Of a stretch of 29,603 bases of DNA, positions 8,201-18,258 are shown piece after piece. A model generated the notes under the pieces. It was given only the letters and a program-made list of their open reading frames with translations. It was not told the DNA's origin and did no database searches. Made by a program: the position numbers and the translations under genes. The DNA is from a virus. Taxonomy: Duplodnaviria > Caudoviricetes. The stretch is from IMG/VR virus record IMGVR_UViG_3300027467_000156, positions 1 through 29,603 of that record; one strand, 5' to 3'. Position 1 is the stretch's first letter; the number at the start of each line of letters is the position of its first letter.

Positions 8201-8557
8201 AATTTGCCGCGTTACTGGCGTGCCATATTGCACCTCAACGCTGACAGATACCTCTTCTTCTACGTCAGGCGCAATGGCTATGTAGGACTGTGCTTGTGTG
8301 CCGGTGCGCGTATCAACCGTGATACCTTGAAAATTGTATGAGCCGTCTGGATTTTGAAGCGGTGTGTCGTTCAGGATGATTGACTGCTGGCCGGCCTTCA
8401 GGCCTTCGATCTCGCCTTCGCTGATGAGATCAACGATGGTGGCATATTGGCGCGAGTCAAGGCTGTCACCTGCGACCGTTGGAGTGCGTTGCGGCTCAGA
8501 TCGTGAGGCTCCGCCGCCACTTCCTCCACCACCAGCACCGGCAATCAGTTTGCCCAT
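5252..8557 (-). CDS. J: Tail tip / central fibre host-specificity protein (lambda gpJ-like, 1101 aa)
   Basis: DLISEGEIEGL, YHIRGIKVQIP, WCSDPAWILWDLL, EPRFSCN and ACTSRGQAHRLG motifs, FN3-like segments, and position after gpI. Confidence 0.95.
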   Translation of the reverse strand: MGKLIAGAGGGGSGGGASRSEPQRTPTVAGDSLDSRQYATIVDLISEGEIEGLKAGQQSIILNDTPLQNPDGSYNFQGITVDTRTGTQAQSYIAIAPDVEEEVSVSVEVQYGTPVTRQIADPNVNAVRVTLTIPQLQQSAKDGNVYGLSVTYSIAVQYDGGGFTTVITDAISGRTSDPFQTDYIVNLTDGFTTADIRVTRISVSDSTRIEQDSNVIESSSAIQWTSYTEIIYAKLRYPNSALVALRLDAEQFNNIPSRAYHIRGIKVQIPSNATVDSATGRLTYAGIWNGTFGAAQWCSDPAWILWDLLTSTRYGFGDHIKAAQLDKWAFLAASQYASELVPNGFGGTEPRFSCNVNIQTQTEAYKLINDLCSVMRVMPYWGIGTLTISQDKPTDSAYLFTLANVTAEGFSYQGSSRKARPTVAVVSYLDLETREKAYEVVEDQDGISKYGVVKEEVDAFACTSRGQAHRLGEWLLYSERYESEVISFTTSIDAGVVVRPGQVIEVADPLRAGVRRGGRIAAASASTITVDDATGLSAVAGAELSVILPTGAVESRAIQSIVGNSIVVTSNFSAAPNANSVWVYQTSNIQASTWRVLSITETDEGNQYGVTALAYNASKYAYVERDIALQQRDITDLNIVPPPPIDLTGNEVLYDAGGIAKAKLIISWRAVTGVTQYQVQWRRDSDNWNTRTVSSPDYEILDTTPGTYAVRVYSLSASLLPSTQPAELTKVTAGKTAPPATVTGLSLIPIDTASAILSWDRATELDVLLGGKVLIRHNIASTGALWEDSQEIVSAAAGSQTQKQVPLLTGTYLVKFEDDGGRRSATAATAVVQLPAPQPRLLVQSYREDQETPPFSGNVTDMIYSAELDGLILATGTKIDALATDGNWDALGTIDAVSGSLGSGEYEFGSTFDLGGVYDLDMRRYFVTRPYAPGDLFDDNTALIDTWPTFDGTLYDAVNAALYVRSTNDDPGASPAWTAWREFANALTRGRAFQFKTIATSTSNDQNIVIDELGCELELQQRSASAGPLTTAAAAYAVTFANRFYQAPQLGITAYNMATGDYYVISSPTRSGFSITFYNAANSMISRQFSYTAIGYGREVI

Positions 8558-9165
8558 CAGCCGCGCACCCTTACGGTGTCGATACCAGCGCTGATGACAA
8601 CGCTGCCGACGATAGTTTCACCATAGACAATCGGCACTGGCAAACCTTGCCGGCTGGTGTTTTGGATGCCGCTAAAGCTAAAGCTTTCGCGTGGGTCCGC
8701 TTCGCGGTTGCCGCTTGTGCCTGGGCCTGACAGGCGTGGAGTTGGCGATAGCAATTGCGCAACACCAGTAAGGGCAAGACTAATGCCAACACCAGCCAAT
8801 GCAGTGCTAACAGCCAACGGTGCAGCAAGTCCAAGCAGTCCGATAGTGGCGCCGCCGGTGAAAAAAGCACTAGCAAATAATGCCACCCCTGCAATTATCT
8901 TGCCAACGCCACCGCCAGCACCGCTGATCACCGGCATGATCTTGATTACCTGCTGCCCTACTGGATCTGCTAGTTCATCCTCGCCGAGATCGTAACCGCC
9001 GACAGTGACACGGTAGTGCTGGTCTGCCATGTGGCGCTCCAGGCCGGGGAAGTTGACCGCCAGGAAGCGCACAGCCTCGGCTGCGCTATCGACTGCGGCC
9101 TCAAAGGTGCGCTGCCCGAGGAAGGATGCCAGCTTGCCATAAACGCGGATTTTGCGCAGCATCAT
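8557..9165 (-). CDS. I: Tail assembly protein (lambda gpI-like)
   Basis: [10 protein letters not shown]...AEAVRFL and C-terminal [26 protein letters not shown]. The likely start is ATG 9165 (ATGA overlap with the gpK stop), not 9216. Confidence 0.92.
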   Translation of the reverse strand: MMLRKIRVYGKLASFLGQRTFEAAVDSAAEAVRFLAVNFPGLERHMADQHYRVTVGGYDLGEDELADPVGQQVIKIMPVISGAGGGVGKIIAGVALFASAFFTGGATIGLLGLAAPLAVSTALAGVGISLALTGVAQLLSPTPRLSGPGTSGNREADPRESFSFSGIQNTSRQGLPVPIVYGETIVGSVVISAGIDTVRVRG

Positions 9166-9884
9166 CGAAGCCTTAGCCTGCCCGCATCGTAATGCCGCAG
9201 CCTTCGGCCGGTGCATTTCATCAGCCAGCCACCGTAGAGATCACGACTGCTAAGCCGACCGCGTAGGTGGTGCAGTATCAGCTGATCACCGACGTAGACG
9301 CCAACATGATTAAGCTTGTTGTTGTCGATCGCCATCAGCAGTGCATCACCAGCCTGTAGCGGTTCATCTTCTAGCAGCTCGCGGAAGCCTGCAGAGTGCC
9401 AGTAGCGGTCGAACAACGGATCCGCCTCAAACGCTTCTGGTGTTAGCGGTCGATCCCAGTCCAGCAGCTGCAAACCATGCTCGGCGTACCAGTCGCGAGT
9501 TAGTGTCCAGCAATCCATCAGCGACCACACCCACGGCCTGCCAACCAGCGGCGGCTTGTAGCCGGTTGGGAGCAGCTCTGCGCTCCACGCGCCGGATTTC
9601 GGGTTGCAGATGTACCACGGCAGGCTGGAGCGCTCGATGCCGGCAAGGTCTGCAGCGCTTGGCACCGGCGGCATTGCCGGGTGACTGTGGATGATGGCGA
9701 TGATCTCGCCGGCATCCTCAGCGGCAGCATAATCCTCGGGATCGAGGATGAACTGATCCGCGTCGGTGGATAGGTTGCGGCAGTGCCAGTAACGACGGCG
9801 ACCTTTGACAACCACCAACAGACCGCACGCCTCGCGTGGGTCCTCGGCCTGTGCGTGCTGCAGCGCCGCATCTTGCCATGTCAT
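9162..9884 (-). CDS. K: Tail assembly protein (lambda gpK-like; JAB/MPN plus NlpC/P60)
   Basis: PREACG and HSHP....PSAAD (JAMM motif). DCWTL...NHVGVY...LHH (NlpC/P60 Cys-His-His). Confidence 0.95.
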   Translation of the reverse strand: MTWQDAALQHAQAEDPREACGLLVVVKGRRRYWHCRNLSTDADQFILDPEDYAAAEDAGEIIAIIHSHPAMPPVPSAADLAGIERSSLPWYICNPKSGAWSAELLPTGYKPPLVGRPWVWSLMDCWTLTRDWYAEHGLQLLDWDRPLTPEAFEADPLFDRYWHSAGFRELLEDEPLQAGDALLMAIDNNKLNHVGVYVGDQLILHHLRGRLSSRDLYGGWLMKCTGRRLRHYDAGRLRLR

Positions 9885-10561
9885 GCGTTGAAGGCCCCCA
9901 CACCAGGGAATGATCCAAATGGCAGCTCAGCGTAAGTGCCGAAGTGCGCCTTGCACGCCGCTAGTGTCTTATCGCATGTTGCCAAGCCGCCGGTGTAACC
10001 GCACTCGGTTGATTTGTAGACCCATTGGCACACGTTCGCGATGCACTGCCGCTTCGGTGCGCGGATGCCCGCTAGGTCAAACGCCGCCGCTAGTTCAAAC
10101 TCTACAATGTCGCGTGTTTCTACTACCTTGCGATCGACATAGTAGATTTCACGCGGTAATTCAGCGGTCGGATCCGGTGCGCCGTATGGGTTGGTGTTGC
10201 CGGGGAAGTTAGCGCCGTCGATGTAACGGGCTAGTGTACGCACCCGAGTAAACTTGGCGCCTTCCAGGCCACTTGGCAAGCTGAGCAGCAGCGCGGTGAT
10301 GGTGCCCATGATATTGCTGACCTGCACCTTGGGACGCGGCAGTTGACCGTTGCCGCTGTATTCAAACCCCGTCGCTTCGATTGGAAAACGCATGTAACTA
10401 TTGCCGTTCCATGCCACTTCGCCATTAGCGTTGAGTGAGCTGCCAGCGTGGAAACGGTACGTTTGCGTTATACCATGCTGCGCTGTATTTAGATCAAGCT
10501 CAAACAGCTCGATAATGGCGCTAGGCGCAATCGCCTGTAGATCGGAGACTGGTACGGTCAT
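9881..10561 (-). CDS. L: Minor tail protein (lambda gpL-like)
   Basis: FPIEATGFE...LPRP and [10 protein letters not shown] motifs, with a C-terminal Cys cluster (CQWVY...ECGY...CDKTLAAC) like the Fe-S ligands of gpL. Confidence 0.95.
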   Translation of the reverse strand: MTVPVSDLQAIAPSAIIELFELDLNTAQHGITQTYRFHAGSSLNANGEVAWNGNSYMRFPIEATGFEYSGNGQLPRPKVQVSNIMGTITALLLSLPSGLEGAKFTRVRTLARYIDGANFPGNTNPYGAPDPTAELPREIYYVDRKVVETRDIVEFELAAAFDLAGIRAPKRQCIANVCQWVYKSTECGYTGGLATCDKTLAACKAHFGTYAELPFGSFPGVGAFNA

Positions 10562-10573
10562 CAGCTGCGCAGC

Positions 10574-10909
10574 TTAGGGCTCGAAGACACGCCTAAATGT
10601 GGCGCGTGCCGTGTTACTTACACAGTTGCTAGCAGACACATCCCACTGCTCGCAGACAAACTTACCGGGTGTTCCCCAGGGAGGGGTCCAGTCGAAGGAC
10701 TCGACACCACCACGGGCAGCCAAGAAGGCGCGTATCTCGTCGCGTTCAGCGGCGGTGCGCTCGGAAAAGGATAGCTGCCACTCCTCGGGATCGGTGTTCA
10801 GGCCGAAGCGCGTGCGCTGCTCATAGCCATCGCCGAACTGCGTCTTGCGAACACGCGGCTTGTGCGATTCGCTTACGTCGTAAGAGGCGGTCCAGGTAAA
10901 CGTGGCCAT
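10574..10909 (-). CDS. M: Minor tail / distal tail protein (lambda gpM-like)
   Basis: PRVRKTQFGDGYEQR...GLN and FL...GG..SFDWTPP...ATFRRVFEP motifs. Confidence 0.95.
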   Translation of the reverse strand: MATFTWTASYDVSESHKPRVRKTQFGDGYEQRTRFGLNTDPEEWQLSFSERTAAERDEIRAFLAARGGVESFDWTPPWGTPGKFVCEQWDVSASNCVSNTARATFRRVFEP

Positions 10910-10954
10910 TGGCGCAGCGCGACAGCGAGACTTAGCAGAGCAGATACAACCAGC

Positions 10955-13900
10955 TTACGAAGCCAAGAGGCCACCGGGGCGTTTCTGATTGACCAGCTCC
11001 TGTTGCACAACAGCAGCGATCACTCGGCCAAGCGCTTGTCCTTGGCCGGCGTCGCCAGACATCTGCTGGTTGCCGCTGGCATCCACGTTGACTTGGATCG
11101 TGATTGGGGCCGCACCACCGCCGGAGGACTCGACGCCCAGCCTGCCGCTGGGGAGGCGGCGGAGGGGCATGATCGCCTCGGGGCCGGCCTCGCCGGCCAC
11201 GCCGTTACGCATAAGCCCGCCATCGGCGAACTTGAACATCGTGGGCTTGTTGACGACGCCGCCATAGGCGAATGGGACGATGCGGTTGGCTGCATCGAAG
11301 GCGCCGCCGTAGGCAAACAGGCGCGTGCCGGGATCAAACGCTAGTGGGTTGGCAGTAGCCGCACTGAAGTTGAGTTGCGGTGCGCTTAGCCCGGAGGCGC
11401 CAGATGCGGCGGGTGACGGGGCCAAGAAACCTATTGCCTGCATCAGTGAGCGCATGATGAATTGCCGGACAATGATGCGGGTCATGTCAGCAACCAGGCT
11501 GGTGGCGAACTCGCGGAAGTTGGCTGTGCCAGTGGTCATCAGGCTGGTGATGGAGTCTTCGACGCCTTTGAAGCCAGTCTGGGCGAGGTCGGCAACGTTG
11601 GAGCGGATGGTGCCGATGGATTCGACGTAGGCAAGGGCGCCTTCGCGCAGGCCGGCGTAGGTGTTTGGATCCTGCTTGTAGCGTTGGATTTCCTTGAGGT
11701 GATCGACCGTAGTGGCCAGTTGTTCCAGGTGCTTGCGTACCGGTTCTTCGAGCTTTTGCCAAGAATCGCCGTAGTCGGCGATGAGGGTGTCGAGTGTCGT
11801 AACTTCCCCCTTACCGCGCTGCAGTTCGGTGATCTGCTTGGTAAGTGTCTCGACGGTGGAGCGAGAGGCAGCACGTTGATAGTCGGCCGTGGTGAGTTCG
11901 CCGGCTCGTTTCAAGAAAGCGGTAGCCGCTGGGCCGCCTCTCTTGGATACATCTACTACGGCTCTTTGTACGCGGATCTGCAGGTCATCAAGTGTGCGTT
12001 CAAACTCGTTTACGTTCCGCTGGTCGAAGGGGGCACCTAGGCCGGCGAAGATTTCCTCGTTTATCTTGCTTATGTCTTCGCCGATCTGAGCAACCGTTTT
12101 GTTGTAGGCTGTTTCGATCTTCTGGCGCTCTACGTCCAGTGTCTGTAGAGACTTAGTGTAGATGTCGGGCGTAATTTGATTGTATTTTTTCTGCAGATCG
12201 AGTGCCTGCTTACGCAGAGTAAGTTCGTCAATAGCGAACTTCTTAGCAAGATTAGCGCGGTCAAACTCAGTGGCAGCTTGTTCCTCGGAGAGCTGACCGC
12301 GAGCTTTGAGCAGCTCGATGTTGGCGTTTACATATTCGTTAGCCTGCTGGAATAGGTCGCGTTGTTGTTTGGCTGCATCAGCGCCTGCACCCGCAGCGCC
12401 GGCGGCAGTCCCTGGGGGCTCGGCGAAGCCGGGCATAGAAGGCGCAGTGGGAGCGTTAGGGGCACGACGAACAAGTGTTTTGTACCGTGACTCCAGTAAT
12501 GCACTCTCTGCTATAGCCGCTTGTAGGCGAGGTTCGAGTTCATTAAGCTTAGCCCCGAAGTATGTAGCCATACTGGGGGACGCCTCAAAGTCCTTCTTTA
12601 GTTGTTCTCTTTCTCGCTGTAGCTTAACAACCAAGTCCTGTACGACTTGGTAGCGCCTGCCTACGTCGTTAGCAACACGTAGTACACTCGCTCTGTCCAG
12701 AGCGAAACCGCCTATATCGCGCAGGAACTGTTCACCCGTTGCTTCCGATCTAACCTGTATAAGGCGGTCTTTCGCCCGCTTAATCCGGTTAAAGTAGTCG
12801 ATAACAAGATCAGCACCAACAATAGCGACCGAAATAATAATCGGGCCAGCTAGTGCTGCGGCGGTAGCCCTTGCTGTAGCGGCAAATAGTTTAAGTTGCC
12901 GCTCTGCCATGATTGCTTGTGCTGTGGTACGGCCAAAGGCAGCGCCCATAAGCGCAGCAGCGCCGCTGACCAGGGGGCCTAGTGCGGCGAAAGCGCGACC
13001 GGCATAGATCGTGGAGGTGAGGACGACACCGAACTTGGCAACCAAGGCGATTGCACCGGCGTTGGCGCCAAGGGCTTGAATGACCTTGGCCAGACCTTGA
13101 GCCAGGTTGATGAGTGCGGGGGTGGCGTCCTTAAGGGCCTTGGCGAAGACGGACTGGAACTGCGCACCAAGCGGCTGCAGGGCGCGGCCTACGTCTTCGC
13201 GCATCTTGTCGTAGGCGACTTTGAGGCGTTCGCCTGCGTTTTCGCTGGAGGCAGCGATCTCCAGGGCGGTTTGACCGTGCTTGGTGCGGAGAAGTTCAAG
13301 GAACTTCATCAGATCGTTGAGGCCGATCTTGCCCTGTTCGAGGCCCTTGGCCAGTTGAGGACCGGTGCGGCCGGTGGCCTCGGCAAAGAGGGTGTAGGTG
13401 CCGGGGAGGCGTTCAGCGATCTGGTTCAGTTCTTCGGCGCTTACCTTGCCTTTGGAGAAGACCTGCGTGAGGGCGAGCATGGCGCCATCTACCTGCTCGG
13501 CCTTGCCTCCGGTGGCGGTGACGGCCTCGGTAAGAGCGCGGAAGGCGAAGGTGGACTGGTTGACCGTGCCACCGGCGCCGAGGATGGCGGCGCTAAGGCG
13601 GGTCAGGCCGCCGATTGCGGCTTCTTGGGGGACGTTGAGTTCGCGGGTAGCGGCGTTCGCGGCAGCGAGCACCGTGTTATAGGAGGCCTGGTCCTTGACG
13701 ATGCCACGCAGGGCGATCTTCATCTTGTCGAGCGACGCGGCATAGTCCGCAAAGCCCGCCAGCTGCTGACGGAACATACCGACCTGCGCACCGGCGGCGG
13801 CACCCGCAAACGCGCCGCCGACACCGCCAAAGGCCAAGCCGCCAAGACCGCCGATAAGACCCTCGGGACCGCCGAAGATCCCCCCGCTGAGTGCGGCGCC

Positions 13901-16900
13901 GACGCCTTGGGCCATTTGCATACCGCTTAGGGGACGGCGGCGGGTTCGGTCGCGGCGTTCCAATTGCCTGTCGATTGCAGCCGTCTGCTTGTCGATCTGG
14001 CGATTGAGCGCGGCGTAGTCGGAATCGAGGGGGGAAAGCGAGGCCTGTAGCTCGTCAAGCACCGAGCGCAGATCCTGCAGGTCGCTGATCGACCGCCGGC
14101 TAAGCGGGCCGAACTCACGCAGGCGAGTGTTCAAGCGGTCCATGCCGCGATCGGCACCACTGTCGCCAGGACCACTAGGCGGCGTGGGCGGCAAGTTGCC
14201 GCCGCCGCCTGCGGGAGGTGTACCACCACGGCCACGCATCCCAAAGGACAGGCCACTAAGGCCCAGGCTGCCAAGCTCCCTGAGGTTGGTGGTGCTTTGC
14301 TGCAGAGCGGTACTCAGGCTGGTGCGCAGCGTCTTGATAGGTGCCAAGGTCTGGTCAACAAGCTGTTTAGCCGTGGGGACTACGCTCTTGACTGCTTCGA
14401 TGTCGAGGCTGCGCAGTTTGGTGCCGGCCTGCTGCGCGGTGGTCTGGATGCTGGTGCGCAGTGTGACGAGCGGGCTGGTCACACGATCAATAAGGGTGCT
14501 TGCAGCGCTGCTTAGGGCGGCACTACGGGAACGCGACTCGCTTAGGTTCCGGGCGAGCTTGCTGGCGCCGACCTGAGCCGAAGCGCTGATGATGCGCCGC
14601 AGCGTTTCGTAGGTTCCGGTCTCGCCGTTCCAGAAGTTGTCGGTGGCGGCTCGGTACTTGATGAGCGCCTCGCGCAGAGAAGACGAGGCGGCTGCACGAC
14701 CAAAGGTTTGCCCGCCTCGGGTAAGCGGTCCATCTGTCTGGAACCTGCCAAGGTCATAGGGGGCGAAAATGCCTGGAGCTTGGCGCAGCGCAGGCGCTTG
14801 CGTTCCGAATACAGGAAGCGCGGTGGCGCCGCTGGACGGGCGCGAAATGCCAGGCACGGCGCCGCTAAGCCGCGTGACGGGCTGCAGCACCTCACGACGA
14901 AGGGCGGAAGCCAAGGGACCAACGAACGCACCGGTGCGGCCTACGGCTCGCATGGCTTCGGCGCGAATCACCTCCTCCAAGCCTGCGCCGGGGATCCCGG
15001 CGGTGCCGCGCAACCCGCGACGCTGCTCTACAGGTAGGAACGTTGGAGGAACAATGCCACCACGCTCGTAAGCACGCCGGTAGGTGGCGAGGGGTAGTGC
15101 CGCTGAGTTGGTAACGCCCTCGCCGAGAAGACGGGCAAAGGGCAGAGTGGCAGAGGGGCGGGCACTCGAACGAATAAGGAAGTTCTGCAGCTTGTCCGCT
15201 ACGTCTGATACCGGACCACCTAGGCCGCCAGGCAGCGGAGCCTTGGCAGGACTACCCAGCGCAAACTGAATGGCAGCTTGGATCTGCTTACGGCCAGCCT
15301 TGATGGCATCTACGGTTCCCTTGACGATGCCTTGCCCAATAGGTTCACCGACCTCACGCCTACTTACGCCCGAAGGACTATGAATATCCCAATCACCGAA
15401 GATAAAGTCAAGGTACTTATCAACAAGCGACTTACTTCCTTTCTTAAGTGTATCACTGTCTGTGGCGCCCTTGACGATGCCCTGAGCTATACCTTCGCCA
15501 ACCTGCTGACTGCGATTGTCAAGCAGATTGGTGCGGGAGCCCGTCTCGAACGAGGCAACAATGTCGTTGTAGACCTCGGCGGGCGATTTGCCCATGAAGG
15601 CTTGTTGGCGGCGTAGGCTGGAGGAGGACAGCCCCACAACCCGTTCGTAAAGAGGTGACAGCTCACGCCCACCGTCTACGCCAAGCGCCTCGGCCATAAG
15701 GCTGTGGCGGCGGGCAACAAGATCGCGTTGCTTTAGGCTTGCGTCAAACTGCGCTAAGAGTGCATCGTTTGCGGCTTTCTTCTTAGCCAGCTCAACTACA
15801 GCGTTGTGATCTAGGCGAGCTTGATGTTCGCGATTAGCCTGCTCTTCGATGGCACGTTTAGCAGTTTCGTGGTCGCGGACCACTTGCAACATCTGGTCGT
15901 AGGCTTCTTCCCACTTGCCGAAGGCTTCCTGAACTTCGCGCACAGCGGCGGCCTGGCGCTCGCCAGTCACACCACCGATACCTTCGTAGCGTTGGCGAAC
16001 TTCGCTGGAGAAGGCACCGAAGCCACTTTGCGCTAAGGTTTCGCGCTGCGCTGCCATGCGTTGCCGGATGGCGAAGACCGCGTAGTTGGTGGGCATACGG
16101 CCCAGCTCGGTGATGCGGGTCTGGAGGCGTGTGGCCTCGGCGGCCAGACTGCGGAACTCCTCGGTACCCTCGGCGGTGGCACGGTTGACGCCGGCCATGC
16201 GCTGTTGGAGGTACTGCAGACGCTCGTTGAGCCCCTCGACGGTTACGGAGGAGCCGCGCACACGATCGCGGTATTCTTCAAGGACAGTGGCCTGAGCGCG
16301 GGCCTCACCGCGCTGCACGGATTCCAGGCCGGCGATCTGAGAGGCAAAGCTACGGCTGCGAGGGCTACCTGCCGGAACACTTGCAAAGGCTTCGCGGGCG
16401 CGGTTCAGCTGCTGCCCGATTTCCGCCATCGACATGCGACCGATGTAGTCGCCTAGGCGGGAAAGTTCGACGATTAGCTTTTGTATGTCGTCTGTGATTG
16501 CGGTAAACGATGCGTCGATGTCGGCACGTACAGCGTCCAGCTCGTTGCCTACGCGTTGACGCATAAACGCCATGGCCGTGATTACGGATCCTGTGGCTAC
16601 AGCAGCGGTGGGGCTTATACCGCTAAGCGCTGAGGTAAAGCTATTAGCAATCTCGCTAAGTGACTCTATACGGTTCTGAAAATTAGCGAACTGCGCAGAA
16701 CTTTCGGCAAGATTCTTAGATAGACCACCAAGTACCTTATTCCCCAGGTCGCCGCCAAATAGACCACTGAGTTTGTTAAGTCCAGTCTGCAGCTCGGCCA
16801 CCCGTCCGCTAAGGCCGGCAAGAGCAGATGCGCCGCCGCCGAACGCGGCCGTACCGATGCCAGTAGCCTGTCCCGCAAGAACACCAGCAGTAATACCTTC

Positions 16901-17530
16901 AAATATCCGCCCCGTGGCTCCGACAGGCGTACCCGCCTGTTCGGTCATACGCTTAAAGAAAGCGAAGGCGGAGGCGACTTTGCCGCGTGCTTGCGTTACT
17001 TGGGTGGTATCGACGTTGATGTCGAGCTTGAAGTTGTCTACGGCTTTGAGGCTGGTGTTGAGCCGGTCAACGTCAGCCGTGGTGGCGTTGATGCTGCGGG
17101 ATGTGGCAGCCAGTTCTGTGCGAGTGGAGCGGAGGGATTCGGTGTAGCGCTTGACCGAGGCGACGCTGCTGCCGAATACGCGACTGCCCTGGCGGTCGAG
17201 GACTGTTGTTTGACGAGCCACTTCTTGCGTGGCTTCGGTAAACCGGGCTTTAAGCGTGCTAATGTCGGCACCTAGTTGCGTGTAGGTACGACTGTTTATT
17301 ACAGCCTGGCCTTGTAGGGATTTAAGGCCAGCAATTTGTGCATCAATTATACGAGTAGTAACTTTACCTGCATCGGCGTAATTAAGAATAGCCTCGCGGG
17401 CGAGTGTAATGTCACGCTCGGAGGCTTGAGTAACGCGACTAAGCTGCCGAAAAGCACCGCGAACACTGTCGAGACTGTCGAAGCCCTTGATACCAAGGCG
17501 TAAGACAATATCCTCAACAGTCTGGGCCAC
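10955..17530 (-). CDS. H: Tail tape measure protein (2191 aa)
   Basis: Long Ala/Gly/Gln-rich helical ORF after the chaperones. It has a tape-measure core (LTQVFSKGKVSAEELNQIAERLPG) and a lambda-type C-terminus (FREFATSLVADM, FAYGG, GEAGPEAIMPL, QKRPGGLL). GTG start with AGGAGG upstream. Confidence 0.95.
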   Translation of the reverse strand: MAQTVEDIVLRLGIKGFDSLDSVRGAFRQLSRVTQASERDITLAREAILNYADAGKVTTRIIDAQIAGLKSLQGQAVINSRTYTQLGADISTLKARFTEATQEVARQTTVLDRQGSRVFGSSVASVKRYTESLRSTRTELAATSRSINATTADVDRLNTSLKAVDNFKLDINVDTTQVTQARGKVASAFAFFKRMTEQAGTPVGATGRIFEGITAGVLAGQATGIGTAAFGGGASALAGLSGRVAELQTGLNKLSGLFGGDLGNKVLGGLSKNLAESSAQFANFQNRIESLSEIANSFTSALSGISPTAAVATGSVITAMAFMRQRVGNELDAVRADIDASFTAITDDIQKLIVELSRLGDYIGRMSMAEIGQQLNRAREAFASVPAGSPRSRSFASQIAGLESVQRGEARAQATVLEEYRDRVRGSSVTVEGLNERLQYLQQRMAGVNRATAEGTEEFRSLAAEATRLQTRITELGRMPTNYAVFAIRQRMAAQRETLAQSGFGAFSSEVRQRYEGIGGVTGERQAAAVREVQEAFGKWEEAYDQMLQVVRDHETAKRAIEEQANREHQARLDHNAVVELAKKKAANDALLAQFDASLKQRDLVARRHSLMAEALGVDGGRELSPLYERVVGLSSSSLRRQQAFMGKSPAEVYNDIVASFETGSRTNLLDNRSQQVGEGIAQGIVKGATDSDTLKKGSKSLVDKYLDFIFGDWDIHSPSGVSRREVGEPIGQGIVKGTVDAIKAGRKQIQAAIQFALGSPAKAPLPGGLGGPVSDVADKLQNFLIRSSARPSATLPFARLLGEGVTNSAALPLATYRRAYERGGIVPPTFLPVEQRRGLRGTAGIPGAGLEEVIRAEAMRAVGRTGAFVGPLASALRREVLQPVTRLSGAVPGISRPSSGATALPVFGTQAPALRQAPGIFAPYDLGRFQTDGPLTRGGQTFGRAAASSSLREALIKYRAATDNFWNGETGTYETLRRIISASAQVGASKLARNLSESRSRSAALSSAASTLIDRVTSPLVTLRTSIQTTAQQAGTKLRSLDIEAVKSVVPTAKQLVDQTLAPIKTLRTSLSTALQQSTTNLRELGSLGLSGLSFGMRGRGGTPPAGGGGNLPPTPPSGPGDSGADRGMDRLNTRLREFGPLSRRSISDLQDLRSVLDELQASLSPLDSDYAALNRQIDKQTAAIDRQLERRDRTRRRPLSGMQMAQGVGAALSGGIFGGPEGLIGGLGGLAFGGVGGAFAGAAAGAQVGMFRQQLAGFADYAASLDKMKIALRGIVKDQASYNTVLAAANAATRELNVPQEAAIGGLTRLSAAILGAGGTVNQSTFAFRALTEAVTATGGKAEQVDGAMLALTQVFSKGKVSAEELNQIAERLPGTYTLFAEATGRTGPQLAKGLEQGKIGLNDLMKFLELLRTKHGQTALEIAASSENAGERLKVAYDKMREDVGRALQPLGAQFQSVFAKALKDATPALINLAQGLAKVIQALGANAGAIALVAKFGVVLTSTIYAGRAFAALGPLVSGAAALMGAAFGRTTAQAIMAERQLKLFAATARATAAALAGPIIISVAIVGADLVIDYFNRIKRAKDRLIQVRSEATGEQFLRDIGGFALDRASVLRVANDVGRRYQVVQDLVVKLQREREQLKKDFEASPSMATYFGAKLNELEPRLQAAIAESALLESRYKTLVRRAPNAPTAPSMPGFAEPPGTAAGAAGAGADAAKQQRDLFQQANEYVNANIELLKARGQLSEEQAATEFDRANLAKKFAIDELTLRKQALDLQKKYNQITPDIYTKSLQTLDVERQKIETAYNKTVAQIGEDISKINEEIFAGLGAPFDQRNVNEFERTLDDLQIRVQRAVVDVSKRGGPAATAFLKRAGELTTADYQRAASRSTVETLTKQITELQRGKGEVTTLDTLIADYGDSWQKLEEPVRKHLEQLATTVDHLKEIQRYKQDPNTYAGLREGALAYVESIGTIRSNVADLAQTGFKGVEDSITSLMTTGTANFREFATSLVADMTRIIVRQFIMRSLMQAIGFLAPSPAASGASGLSAPQLNFSAATANPLAFDPGTRLFAYGGAFDAANRIVPFAYGGVVNKPTMFKFADGGLMRNGVAGEAGPEAIMPLRRLPSGRLGVESSGGGAAPITIQVNVDASGNQQMSGDAGQGQALGRVIAAVVQQELVNQKRPGGLLAS

Positions 17531-17899
17531 CTAGTCCTCCTCCTTCTTGTTGAGCGTGCTCAGCGCGGCGCCTTCCATGAGTCGGAGATCCTCAAGCATG
17601 GCAACGCGGTCCTCAACGCAGTATAGATCGAAGAAACCGCCAGGCATAAGCAGGATCTCGTACTTGAGGCCGAGGTAGCCCGCCATGGTGGTGTTCCACT
17701 GCGTTTGCATACGCAAGAACATAAGCACCGTGTCCCAGTTTTCGTCCCAGACCTCGTAGGTAGTAGCGGAATCGGAGGGGGAGGAGGCCGACGAGGAAAG
17801 TAAGGCGGGGTCGAGGCCGAAGGCAGCCGCGTCATCTACGGTCTTGTCTTCGACCTGCTTACCGCCGGCCCAGAACTCAGCGGCGCCTCTCAGTTTCCC
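17531..17899 (-). CDS. T: Tail assembly chaperone, -1 frame part (gpT moiety of the G-T fusion, about 228 aa in total)
   Basis: The -1 frame is open from the slippery site (LRGAAEFWAGGKQVEDKTVDDAAAFGLD...EVWDENWDTVLMFLRMQTQW) and continues into track ORF 17531..17728. Confidence 0.88.
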   Translation of the reverse strand, partial: GKLRGAAEFWAGGKQVEDKTVDDAAAFGLDPALLSSSASSPSDSATTYEVWDENWDTVLMFLRMQTQWNTTMAGYLGLKYEILLMPGGFFDLYCVEDRVAMLEDLRLMEGAALSTLNKKEED

Positions 17900-18216
17900 T
17901 CGCGGGCTCCCTCAAAGGTGTCGGTGTAGGCAGACAGGACCCCGCGCACCCAGTAAGGGTCGTCAACAAACTCGGTGAGGGTCTCGGTGGAGAAGGGGAT
18001 TTCGGTGCCGTCTTCTTCCTTGATGCCGGACCAGTCGAGGACGAGTGCTTTCAGCAGCGGCAGATCGCCCTTGGTGCTGAGCTTGGTGAACTCCTTACGG
18101 CCCATGCGTTTGAAGGTGGCCTCAAACGTGCTGGGATCGAAAGCACCACCATCGGCAGGCTCTTGAACAGTGACAGGCCACTTGAAGGTGCTGACCTTCT
18201 TGCGAACAAACGCCAT
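17890..18216 (-). CDS. G: Tail assembly chaperone (gpG-like, 108 aa)
   Basis: MAFVRKKVSTFKWPV...REGN-TGA, between the tail tube and tape measure genes. The likely start is ATG 18216, because the longer track start lies inside a terminator. Confidence 0.88.
   Translation of the reverse strand: MAFVRKKVSTFKWPVTVQEPADGGAFDPSTFEATFKRMGRKEFTKLSTKGDLPLLKALVLDWSGIKEEDGTEIPFSTETLTEFVDDPYWVRGVLSAYTDTFEGAREGN
17893..17899 (-). other. Programmed -1 ribosomal frameshift slippery site G GGA AAC
   Basis: GAG GGA AAC TGA is an X XXY YYZ heptamer in the correct phase, right before the gpG stop. Confidence 0.9.
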
Positions 18217-18258
18217 AAGGGGTTGCGTTGAAATGTGGGTAAGTTCAGTGTAGGCATG

